Positions 1-8,459 of a DNA stretch of 64,000 nucleotides are shown here, piece by piece. Position numbers and translations under genes: made by a program. The notes below the pieces were generated by a model. The model was not told the DNA's origin and did no database searches. It was given only the letters and a program-made list of their open reading frames with translations. The stretch comes from Candidatus Woesebacteria bacterium. GTDB taxonomy: Bacteria > Patescibacteriota > Microgenomatia > UBA1406 > GWC2-37-13. Positions within the stretch are counted from its first letter, which is position 1. Each line of letters starts with the position of its first letter. Where the stretch lies: contig JAGQLS010000006.1 of assembly GCA_020429045.1 (NCBI GenBank), forward strand, positions 11,993 to 75,992, given 5' to 3'.

Positions 1-566
1 TTCGCACCGAGCGCCTCAATTTTGGCTTGGGTCATGGGGTCGATCTCATTTTTTAAAACGATGAGTCGATCGGCAATATATTCTTCATCGAGCGTGGTTG
101 GATCTTCAAGATAAAATACCGCGCCACCTGTTTGGTTGTTGAGTTGTTTTGCCGAAAATCGCTCTGCGCGTTGCACTTTGAGTTCAACATGGTCATCGTG
201 CACGGTATCGATTTCACCGTTAAAAAAACAGTATACAATGTTTTCGTTGTCGTCGACAATTTCTAATTTTATACCTCCGCCAACGTGGTCGATTTCCAAA
301 ATGGTTCCATCAAATTCAGAAAAATACTGGCGCGTCGATAGCGTTTTTTTATGTTCTGCCAAAAGATCGCCTTTTTTTACGGTATCGCCAACAAGTTTTT
401 TCAACGCATGAAAAATTTTCGTTGGCTCAAAATGAAGGAGCTCAGCAAGCGGGATGGTTACAGTTTTTGTTCCCTTGGCTTTGTAAAATGGAGTTTTTTG
501 ATCTACTTTTTGACCGGATTCGACCAAAATAGTATCAAAGTCTATCAGTTTAACCGGAATCTTCAT
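1..566 (-). CDS. hypothetical protein, C-terminus outside window (lipoyl/barrel-sandwich-like VGDTVKKGDLL motif)
   Basis: Absent from the ORF track because it runs off the left edge. The minus strand from ATG (complement of 564-566) reads uninterrupted: MKIPVKLIDFDTILVESGQKVDQ...LVGDTVKKGDLLAEHK...EIDPMTQAKIEALGA to position 1. Confidence 0.55.
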   Translation of the reverse strand, partial: MKIPVKLIDFDTILVESGQKVDQKTPFYKAKGTKTVTIPLAELLHFEPTKIFHALKKLVGDTVKKGDLLAEHKKTLSTRQYFSEFDGTILEIDHVGGGIKLEIVDDNENIVYCFFNGEIDTVHDDHVELKVQRAERFSAKQLNNQTGGAVFYLEDPTTLDEEYIADRLIVLKNEIDPMTQAKIEALGA

Positions 567-583
567 GTTCAAGAGTATAGCAG

Positions 584-790
584 TTATTTGACTCCTTGAT
601 AAGAGGTATACGGAAGAAATGCCAAATAACGTGCGTACTTGATGTTTTTCGAAAGCCCTCTTTGGTGTTTTGCACACACACCACTTTTCTCACGGCTTAC
701 TATTTTTTTACGCGAAGTCAAAAATTTCTCAAGATTTTCGACATCTTTGTAGTTTGGTGACGAATTGTATTTACAAAAAAAACAACGCAT
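584..790 (-). CDS. rpsR: 30S ribosomal protein S18
   Basis: MRCFFCKYN...NYKDVENLEKFLTSRKKIVSREKSGVCAKHQRGLSKNIKYARYLAFLPY matches the S18 consensus. Start trimmed to the internal ATG because the track ORF extends into an AT-rich repeat. rpsF-ssb-rpsR synteny supports the call. Confidence 0.9.
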   Translation of the reverse strand: MRCFFCKYNSSPNYKDVENLEKFLTSRKKIVSREKSGVCAKHQRGLSKNIKYARYLAFLPYTSYQGVK

Positions 791-792
791 AT

Positions 793-925
793 AATTAACT
801 AAAAAACTGACAATTAACAAGTAGCTAAAACTAAAAATTCAGAATTAATTAACAAATCACTATTTACAAGTAACTAAAAGCAACAATTAAAATGATAAAA
901 AATCAAAATTAACTAACAACTGGGC
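793..925 (-). repeat. degenerate copy of AT-rich 'taac/caattaac' intergenic repeat module
   Basis: Strings caattaacaagtagctaaaac, tttacaagtaactaaaagcaacaattaa and aattaactaacaac resemble the gtaacaattaac/caagtaacaggtaacaaaaac module seen at 21.3, 24.7 and 36.7 kb. Confidence 0.45.
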
Positions 926-1005
926 TCTCACGACAAATCAAAAACCGGAAATCAAAAAATCAATGACACCTTCCGAACAATTATTACACTCGTATCGTAT
1001 CAAGT

Positions 1006-1551
1006 TTAGAAGGGAATGTCGTCTGGGTTGACATCTTCTTCATCGTCCTTTTCTTTTTCTTGGTTATTTGATTCTTCTTCCTTTTCCTCTTCTTCGGATT
1101 CGTCGTCTGCTTTTCCTTCTGGAGCAGCAGTGTCTTCATCTTTTTCTTCCTCATCTTTTTTTCCTTTTTCAGTTGGTTTATCATCTTCACTTTCCTCTGT
1201 TTTTTGATACTTTTTGCTGCTTGAAAGCAGAATAAAATCGTCAAGAATGATTTCTGTGATGAACTTCTGTTGATTGTTCTTGTCCATGTAATCACGATAA
1301 GCAATCCGGCCTTCGAGATAGACTTTGCTTCCCTTGACGAGCAATTTTCCGCAGAGTTCTGCGAGTTTTTGCCATGCAACGACGCGGTGGTATTGTACAT
1401 CATCTTTGGTTTGACCGTCAGCGGTTGTCCACGAACGATTTGTTGCAAGACCAAATGTACAAACGGCAGTTCCGTTTGGTGTGTATTTGAGTTCAGGATC
1501 TCGTGTTAAGTTTCCGAGTAAAACGACTTTGTTTATTGATCTACTTGACAT
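1006..1551 (-). CDS. ssb: single-stranded DNA-binding protein
   Basis: OB-fold N-terminus (INKVVLLGNLTRDPELKYTPNGTAVCTFGLATNRSW), long acidic tail ending DDIPF, located between rpsF and rpsR. Confidence 0.92.
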   Translation of the reverse strand: MSSRSINKVVLLGNLTRDPELKYTPNGTAVCTFGLATNRSWTTADGQTKDDVQYHRVVAWQKLAELCGKLLVKGSKVYLEGRIAYRDYMDKNNQQKFITEIILDDFILLSSSKKYQKTEESEDDKPTEKGKKDEEEKDEDTAAPEGKADDESEEEEKEEESNNQEKEKDDEEDVNPDDIPF

Positions 1552-1584
1552 ATTTTTTATTAATAACTATTAACTGATAATTTA

Positions 1585-1875
1585 TTATTTGGCTTTTTCT
1601 TCTTTTTCTTCTTCCTCTGTTTTTAAAACAAGATAGCGCATAACTATGGGTTCAAGTTGCATCTTTTTCTTTAGTTCGTCAAGTGCTTCGTGGGGCATAT
1701 CTACGTTAATAGAATAGTAATGAGCTTTGGCTTCTTTGCCAATCGGATATGCAAGGAGGCGTTCGCCAATATACTCATCATTGGTTATCTTTCCTTTCAA
1801 TGCAGTGACAGCTTTTTTGAATGTATCCGCAGCTTTTTTGTCATTTACTAAGAATGTTATTTCGTATGTGTTCAT
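1585..1875 (-). CDS. rpsF: 30S ribosomal protein S6
   Basis: MNTYEITFLV...YPIGKEAKAHYYSINVDM...MRYLVLK is S6-like; first gene of the rpsF-ssb-rpsR cluster. Confidence 0.9.
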   Translation of the reverse strand: MNTYEITFLVNDKKAADTFKKAVTALKGKITNDEYIGERLLAYPIGKEAKAHYYSINVDMPHEALDELKKKMQLEPIVMRYLVLKTEEEEKEEKAK

Positions 1876-1991
1876 AACTTTATCTTGTTAGAATAAAAAG
1901 AAATAGTATGATTTATCTGTATATAATAGTATGACCTCAAGTAAAAATCAAGCATAAATAGGCGTATAGTGATAAAAAATACATATTCATT

Positions 1992-3770
1992 ATGAAAAAA
2001 TCTGTTATACCATTACTTATTTTACTCTTTATTCTTACTCTTTTTGGTACTCGTTTTGTTGGATTAAATTGGGGTTTACCCTATCCTATGCACCCCGATG
2101 AGCGTAATATCGCTATTGCGCTTATGCAGCTTACTTGCCACAAACTTGACGCTTCGTGTTTGAACCCACACTTTTTTGCGTATGGCCAATTCACAATATA
2201 TATAAGTTTTATTTTGATCAAACTTTATCACATTTTTACATTGCGCGGTTTTGGTCTGCAAATAAATCCTCAAGAAGCTTTTTTGGCGCTTCGAGTACTT
2301 TCTGCAGCAGCTTCAACTGCAACAGCGTTTGTTCTTTTCTTATCTCTAAACCATTTACAACAATCCCACAAAGTGTTTGTGCACAATTTTCTTCTTGCTC
2401 TTTTTTTTGTTTTTTCACCAGTTATGATACAAATGGCGCATTTTGGTACGACAGAATCTATTGTCATCTTATTCACCTCACTGCTTGTCTATTATTCGCT
2501 TGTTCTTTTTCGCGGGCGCATTTCGTTTCGACGGTACTCATTTATTTCGGGTTTGATTCTTGGCCTTGCCGTAGGTACGAAAGTGTCGTCGCTGTTGCTT
2601 GGTAGCATTCCGTTCATTGTCTACCTCATGGAGTTTAAAAAACATTCCCGCCGTTTTCCGGCACTATTTGTTCATGGTATTTTCTTTTGCGTTACTACCG
2701 CCTTTTTTGTTGTTTTTAGCTCTCCGCAATCGTTTATTTCTTTTCACGATTTTGTAGGTGCTATGCGCTATGAGTCCGATGTTGCGTTTGGTACCTATCG
2801 TGCCTTCTATACCAACCAGTTCACCAGTACGATTCCATTGGTGTTTCAAGCTTTAACCGTGTTTCCTTATTCTCTAGGTTTTATTGTTTTTATCTTGAGC
2901 ATCCTTGGTTTTATTATTCTTTCTTGGAAACGGAAGGAATATATTTTTTTACGGCTCGTATTTTTTGCATTTTTTATTCCAAGCGCAAGTATGTATGCAA
3001 AATGGACGCGCTTTCTTGCCCCGGTCTACCCCATCATGCTTCTTGTTGCTGCACAGACTCTTCATCAGTTCTACGTTTATATGTCGGCACATCATCACGC
3101 GTTGGCACGATGGGTACTTGGAGGGCTTATCTTCTTTGCTATCCTTCCTGGTGTCGCATATCTTGGTGTCTATACTCGTCCCGACGTCCGTTTTCAAGCT
3201 TCGGAGTGGGTGTTTGCGCATATGCCCGAACACGCACATGTGTTGTATGAAACGGCAAACGTGGTAGATATTCCAATACTCCCCCCCAACAGCAATGCTG
3301 AAACCAAGAAGTTCATAGGTACGTCGTTTGATTTTTATCATCTTGATGAAAATATGTCTTTAGCCGAAGATCTGCAACGTAGTATTGAGGAGGCGGATTA
3401 CATTATCGTGCCTTCACGCCGCGTATTTTACAATTATACGTGTATACGACCAACTAACGATCAATTACCAACGAACAATAATCAGCTATCAGTCGTCAAT
3501 CGCAAATTGTCAATCGCCAACGAACTGCTTGAAGGGAAATATCCCAATCATTGTCAGGAACTAAACGATCGGTATCCCCTGCTTTCCACCTATTTCACCG
3601 ATTTGTTTTCCGGAACGTTGGGTTTTAAGCAAGTGGCGGAATTCACTTCGTATCCACGCATTAGCCTTTTTGGCAAAACGATAGTTGAATTTCCCGATGA
3701 GCAAGCCGAAGAGACATGGACGGTTTTTGACCACCCGGTGATTAGGATATATGAGAGAATAAAAGATTAA
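1992..3770 (+). CDS. polytopic membrane glycosyltransferase, GT39/ArnT-PMT-like
   Basis: 592 aa with many hydrophobic helices, an early loop motif YPMHPDERN, and a C-terminal soluble domain. This is the typical ArnT/PMT_2 architecture. Confidence 0.65.
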   Translation: MKKSVIPLLILLFILTLFGTRFVGLNWGLPYPMHPDERNIAIALMQLTCHKLDASCLNPHFFAYGQFTIYISFILIKLYHIFTLRGFGLQINPQEAFLALRVLSAAASTATAFVLFLSLNHLQQSHKVFVHNFLLALFFVFSPVMIQMAHFGTTESIVILFTSLLVYYSLVLFRGRISFRRYSFISGLILGLAVGTKVSSLLLGSIPFIVYLMEFKKHSRRFPALFVHGIFFCVTTAFFVVFSSPQSFISFHDFVGAMRYESDVAFGTYRAFYTNQFTSTIPLVFQALTVFPYSLGFIVFILSILGFIILSWKRKEYIFLRLVFFAFFIPSASMYAKWTRFLAPVYPIMLLVAAQTLHQFYVYMSAHHHALARWVLGGLIFFAILPGVAYLGVYTRPDVRFQASEWVFAHMPEHAHVLYETANVVDIPILPPNSNAETKKFIGTSFDFYHLDENMSLAEDLQRSIEEADYIIVPSRRVFYNYTCIRPTNDQLPTNNNQLSVVNRKLSIANELLEGKYPNHCQELNDRYPLLSTYFTDLFSGTLGFKQVAEFTSYPRISLFGKTIVEFPDEQAEETWTVFDHPVIRIYERIKD

Positions 3771-3915
3771 AGTTTTGCATTAAGGAATAGGTAAAAAAAA
3801 TAGATAATAAATACTGCTAATAAAAAGAGTCAAATAAATTATTAAAAGCTTGTCTAAAGGGGTCATATTTTCTATTGTGTCTTGATTTATTTATGTTTTA
3901 ATTATAGGTATTGCT

Positions 3916-4782
3916 ATGGATACAGTAATTACGCAAGAACAACACGAATATCAGGCATTTGATACGTTACAAAAATATGTAACCAATATGTGGATGCATC
4001 CTCTTGTTGACGAAGCACTTATTCGACACAGAGAAAAAGGAAAAGAGAGGGTAGAAGAGCTTATTAAGGAAATGAATTTGCAAGGTGTTCCTTATGTGGC
4101 GTTTTTAGTGGGTAGTTCATTATGGTCGACAAATCTACCCGAAGAAGAAGAAAGCGATTATGATACTGTATTCTTTTTTCAACCGGACAAAGATAATCCT
4201 AGGGAAATTGCTCCGAAAAAGCACCTCACTCAATTGGCTATAAAACAACGTGAAAGATTTTATTATTATTCGATAGATGCGGTTTCTTCATCAACAATGA
4301 GTGATTTGAGCAACCTCGACGCATTACCAGTGGAAGATTTAAATTCTTTAGGTCTACTCTTATTTGTTCCAGATGAATTAGTTATTGGCTCAAAAGAATT
4401 AGCGGCTGATTTAAGAGTCCGCCTATGTCAATGTAATAAAGAAGGATATGCACCCCAACAACATCTAAGAGAAACAATGTTAAGTTGGCCAACAATTACG
4501 AAGACACTTCATACTTTGCCAACAAAAAAAAGGGAGAACCGATTCATTCAAAAACTAAAACAAAGAGTTGAAAGAGGAAAGGATGATAGAAAGGCACATA
4601 CAAAATATAGATTAAGATATATCAATAAATTTATAGAAAATTTTGAAAAAATGAAACAAGATATCCCCAGTATGGCATTCATAGCTCAAGCGATGAACGC
4701 TTCTAGAGGAAAACTTCCCCTAAAGACAGATTTTGGAAGTTATACAAGAGTTGATCTCAGATCGACTCTAGAGACCGGATGA
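3916..4782 (+). CDS. hypothetical protein with possible nucleotidyltransferase-fold motif
   Basis: 288-aa ORF, AT-richer than its neighbours. VGSSLWSTNLPEEEESDYDTVFFF fits the GS-x(n)-DxD minimal NTase pattern. No other recognisable domain. Confidence 0.5.
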   Translation: MDTVITQEQHEYQAFDTLQKYVTNMWMHPLVDEALIRHREKGKERVEELIKEMNLQGVPYVAFLVGSSLWSTNLPEEEESDYDTVFFFQPDKDNPREIAPKKHLTQLAIKQRERFYYYSIDAVSSSTMSDLSNLDALPVEDLNSLGLLLFVPDELVIGSKELAADLRVRLCQCNKEGYAPQQHLRETMLSWPTITKTLHTLPTKKRENRFIQKLKQRVERGKDDRKAHTKYRLRYINKFIENFEKMKQDIPSMAFIAQAMNASRGKLPLKTDFGSYTRVDLRSTLETG

Positions 4783-4841
4783 ATTTTTTGATAAAAGTAA
4801 GATTTTAAAAAATGAAAAGATGTGTGTTCGTCTTATTATAT

Positions 4842-5147
4842 TTATCTTTTTGAAAAAAGTACCATACTTTCATTGAGCGAAGAGCGAATAAAAATTGGCA
4901 AATCTTGTTCTGATAGCGCTCCATAGACATGAAAATCAATAGTGCGCGGGATGTCTGTGTACATATCGTATAGAACGCTTTCAGGAGAATTGCTACCAAA
5001 AGCACCGATCACTACCAAATCTAAATCATAAGGGTGCGTGCCTTTTTTTGCAGCAGAACCATACAAAATAATCTTTTTGACTCCAGGATATTTTTTTGCC
5101 CTTTTTACAAAAACATCTAATTGTTTTTTAATTTGCTTTTTATCCAT
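4842..5147 (-). CDS. minimal nucleotidyltransferase (MNT-type) domain protein
   Basis: 101 aa. KKIILYGSAAKKGTHPYDLDLVVI is the classic hGS-x9-12-DhDh NTase motif of MNT antitoxin-like proteins. Confidence 0.7.
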   Translation of the reverse strand: MDKKQIKKQLDVFVKRAKKYPGVKKIILYGSAAKKGTHPYDLDLVVIGAFGSNSPESVLYDMYTDIPRTIDFHVYGALSEQDLPIFIRSSLNESMVLFSKR

Positions 5148-5162
5148 GTAAATAAATCAGAT

Positions 5163-6122
5163 TTATTCCTCAAATTTTTTCTTTACAATATCCTCAATCG
5201 GTTCGTTTTCGATTGTCACATCAACATAATCAATTTTTGAAAGAATATTTTGAATCACATCCTCAACTTTATCCTTTGGTATGGTAAGCGAAAGTTGCGG
5301 ATGATGATATTCCACCTTTACATATGTAGGGAGCTGCATTTCGTTGAGCGTGAGTTGTTTTGTCACAACAACACGCACGATTTTTTGCGCAGAATATTTT
5401 GCGACAAGCGTATCGAGCTTGCCGTCAAACACAATACTTCCATGGTCTATCATGATGACCCGTTTTGCCAAGCGCTGAACGTCTTGCATATAGTGGGAGG
5501 TAAGCATGATTGTTGCCTTGAAGCGCTTTTGATATTCGCGGATAAAATTTACAATCGTAGTTTGAGCAAAAATATCGAGCCCAATGGTCGGCTCGTCCAG
5601 GAAAAGCACTTTGGGACTGTGCACCAGCGCCGCGATAAGTTCTGCGCGCATACGCTGTCCAAGCGACAAGGTTTTTACTGGTCGATCGAGAAACTCCTTA
5701 GCCTCGAGCAGGTCAATAAGCTCTGTGATTGTTTTTTTGTATTCTTCATCTGACACCTCGTATATTTCTTTGTTGAGTGTAAATGAATCGGTCGGCGGCA
5801 GTTCCCAGAGCAATTGATTTTTCTGTCCCATGACAAAGGCGATATCCTTAAGAAATGGAATTTTTTTGTCAAACGGTTTATAGCCTAGCACGTCAACCTT
5901 TCCAGATGTTGGGTACAAAATGCCCGCCAGAATTTTCATAGTTGTTGTTTTGCCAGCACCGTTTGGTCCTATGAATCCGACGAGTTCGCCTTCCCCAATG
6001 GCAAATGATATGTTTTTGAGGGCCTTATTTTCCTCATAGGTGCGATTAAAGAGATCTTTAAGAAAAATGCCAGATTTTTTTGGCGAACGATATATTTTGG
6101 TAAGATTCTGTACGTGTATCAT
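5163..6122 (-). CDS. ABC transporter ATP-binding protein (ABC-2 exporter type)
   Basis: Walker A GPNGAGKTTT, signature LSLGQRMR, Walker B LFLDEPTIGLD. Followed by two ~260-aa permease genes. Confidence 0.92.
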   Translation of the reverse strand: MIHVQNLTKIYRSPKKSGIFLKDLFNRTYEENKALKNISFAIGEGELVGFIGPNGAGKTTTMKILAGILYPTSGKVDVLGYKPFDKKIPFLKDIAFVMGQKNQLLWELPPTDSFTLNKEIYEVSDEEYKKTITELIDLLEAKEFLDRPVKTLSLGQRMRAELIAALVHSPKVLFLDEPTIGLDIFAQTTIVNFIREYQKRFKATIMLTSHYMQDVQRLAKRVIMIDHGSIVFDGKLDTLVAKYSAQKIVRVVVTKQLTLNEMQLPTYVKVEYHHPQLSLTIPKDKVEDVIQNILSKIDYVDVTIENEPIEDIVKKKFEE

Positions 6123-6206
6123 AGTGAATAAGATTATATAAAATTCGTAAAAATTAAAAGTAAAAATTTATTTGTTGCACTGACCATTTTTTATTTCTAA
6201 TGTCTG

Positions 6207-6994
6207 TCATCCTCCCCAACTTTGGTACTTGCGCAGTGCAAAACGCCACACCCTCATCGCAATAAATAACCCAACAATCCCCAACCCAAAACTTATGACA
6301 TACAACATGGGATTTAACAGTGAAAGCAAAGATTTGACCGGAAAGGTCATCATAATGCCAATCGGGATTATGAAGGTAAAAATAAATTGGATCGGCTGAA
6401 TGTAAATGTCGACAGGAAAGGTACCTAGCCTGGTGATATCTCTATAAATCATGATCGTGTGATCGACCTCGGTTGAGAGGATGCCGATTGCCAAGACGAC
6501 GATATGAAACGCGGTTGCAATGACGAGGGAATTGACAATCATGGCGATATAAAGGAGCACGCTGGTAGGTGTGATTCCTCCACTTTTTTGTATAAACACA
6601 ACAAGCAAACCAAGATAGAGAAAAATAGAAAAATCATACCGGCATCGAGAAAGTCAATTCCGCCCACCAGAATCCGCAGAAACGGGTGATACGGTTTCAC
6701 CAGAACGGTGTCGAGTTCGCCGCTTACTACGAGCTGTCGGAACCTATACACTTCCCGAAACATGAGTTGCGCGATACTATCGATAATATTATAGGTAAGA
6801 TAAAAGACGATAGTCTGCTCAAGGCTATAGCTTCCCAAAAATTTCGTGTTTGAAAGGAGGAAAAAAACAAACGCAAAAAACATCCCGAAGCGCAAGAGTT
6901 TGCCCACAGTAAAGAGTATGACACCAGTTTTGTGCGTGAATGTTGTCTTGAGGCTATATTTTGAAAACAGCCAAAATATTTTCAAACTTTTCAT
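6207..6994 (-). pseudogene. ABC-2 family permease interrupted by a 1-nt frameshift in a homopolymer
   Basis: Track ORFs 6539-6994 (151 aa) and 6207-6608 (133 aa, TTG start) overlap in different frames. Together they equal the 263-aa paralogous neighbour. Frames switch at T6 6584-6589 (A6 in the sense strand), and A7 would give ...CLLCLYKKSGGITPTSVLLYIAMIV... Confidence 0.7.
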
Positions 6995-7058
6995 ATATGA
7001 GTCATAAAGTCAAAAGTCAAAAAAAATGTGAAATCAAAAGATTATGAAATTACTATAA

Positions 7059-7850
7059 CTAACGCCCGTAAAAACTGTACTCCTGCATGCCTTTTCTCCA
7101 AATTGAAAGCGTCAGTTTGTAAAGCACCACAACCCACATAAGTGGCGTTATATATGCAACAAGCGGTATGCTTGCTGTTCCGAAAATAAGAATTTTTGCT
7201 GGAAGAAAAATAAAATACGGAAACGGCGTCAAAAGAAGCGCGTTAAATAGCGATTTTGGCAGTATATCAAGCGGAAAATAATTTCCCGCAAGCATAAATA
7301 TCAAAATAAAATAAATAAAACGCGGCGCCCAGATTTCAGGCGTCCAGAACGCAATAAGCGATATAGAAAACGAAATAAAAAATGACATGGCTATTCCGAC
7401 CAGCAAAAAATAAAGAAACGAAATCGCGTTCGGAAGCGAAAATGTTATCGTCAATTCTGGTTTTACCAACAAGATAAACACTGCAATAGTGACAATCGAG
7501 GAGACAATATTTATGGCTTTATCAGCAGCCTCCTTTACCCCGAGATACTTGAAAAACGGGATCGGTTTGAGAAGATGATTCACAATGTCTCCGTTTAAGA
7601 TTTGCGCGCCCACCTCGTGAATGCGGCTCGAAAGTACGATGTCAGAAAGGAGCGAAATAACAAGTACATACGTAAGCATGGCAGACTCTGTGTATCCCAA
7701 GACTTGCCTGTGTCCGGAAAAAACTGCGCTCCATAGAAAATAAATAAGCACCATATTGAGCAATACGCGGAAGCGCCACATACCGAAATTCAATCGGTAC
7801 ACAAAGTATTCCTCAACAGATAATTTGAAGGCAACAATATATTTTTTCAC
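7059..7850 (-). CDS. ABC-2 family transporter permease
   Basis: 263 aa with about 6 TM helices; first gene of the permease-permease-ATPase operon. Confidence 0.8.
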   Translation of the reverse strand: MKKYIVAFKLSVEEYFVYRLNFGMWRFRVLLNMVLIYFLWSAVFSGHRQVLGYTESAMLTYVLVISLLSDIVLSSRIHEVGAQILNGDIVNHLLKPIPFFKYLGVKEAADKAINIVSSIVTIAVFILLVKPELTITFSLPNAISFLYFLLVGIAMSFFISFSISLIAFWTPEIWAPRFIYFILIFMLAGNYFPLDILPKSLFNALLLTPFPYFIFLPAKILIFGTASIPLVAYITPLMWVVVLYKLTLSIWRKGMQEYSFYGR

Positions 7851-7888
7851 GTGTACATTGTAGCAACTTGTGCAAACATGTGGAGTGC

Positions 7889-8362
7889 TTATTTGTTGTG
7901 TTTAAGTTGCTCGAGAATGAGTTGTTGCAGCTTTTCGGGTTCATCAACTGCCCGTAAATCTCCTTCCGAACCGCCGGCACCGGTAGAAATTTGTCCGGCG
8001 AGCGTTTGTATTTGTAAACTCCCAAACCCAAACATATTTTCAAAAAATGTCCGCGAAATGATGACGTCTGAAACGCGATTTAAGGGCAGCGAACTTATTT
8101 TATATCCCAAAAATCCTCTGCGATAGACAATGCGTTTATTTGTCACCCAATAGTAACGTTTTTCGTATACCGCTTGTGCATATGGTATGCCAAGAATAAA
8201 AACAAATGGTATCAAAACGATGCCAACAAGCGTGAATAACAAAACAAATACCCATAGTAAGACGAAGCTCCAATACAGATATGACTGGAGTGCGGGTACC
8301 GGTTTTCCTTCCCACAGTATTTTCTCATCTTCCAAAAGGTTTATGGTGTATTGATGGTTCAT
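7889..8362 (-). CDS. bacterial PH domain (bPH_2/YdbS-like) membrane protein
   Basis: EDEKILWEGKP, two TM helices, then YWVTNKRIVYRRGFLGYKISSLPLNRVSDV, typical of the bPH_2 family. Confidence 0.75.
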   Translation of the reverse strand: MNHQYTINLLEDEKILWEGKPVPALQSYLYWSFVLLWVFVLLFTLVGIVLIPFVFILGIPYAQAVYEKRYYWVTNKRIVYRRGFLGYKISSLPLNRVSDVIISRTFFENMFGFGSLQIQTLAGQISTGAGGSEGDLRAVDEPEKLQQLILEQLKHNK

Positions 8363-8459
8363 ATTTCATAGTATATCATTATTATGGTCAATGGTTTCTA
8401 TTATAAAAAAATAGTATCGATATTGATTCTCATGTTTCGATACCGGTATACTGTTTTGT

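Noticed and set aside
984-1454. 156-aa and 63-aa ORFs overlapping ssb
   Set aside because: These are alternative-frame or antisense readings of the GA-rich acidic-tail region of ssb. They are K/S-rich low-complexity artefacts.
4805-5005. 66-aa ORF as a possible HEPN-like partner of the MNT gene
   Set aside because: It overlaps the MNT gene in another frame on the same strand. It is hydrophobic and Lys-rich and has no Rx4-6H motif.
5250-5753. 167-aa plus-strand ORF
   Set aside because: Antisense shadow of the ABC ATPase gene.
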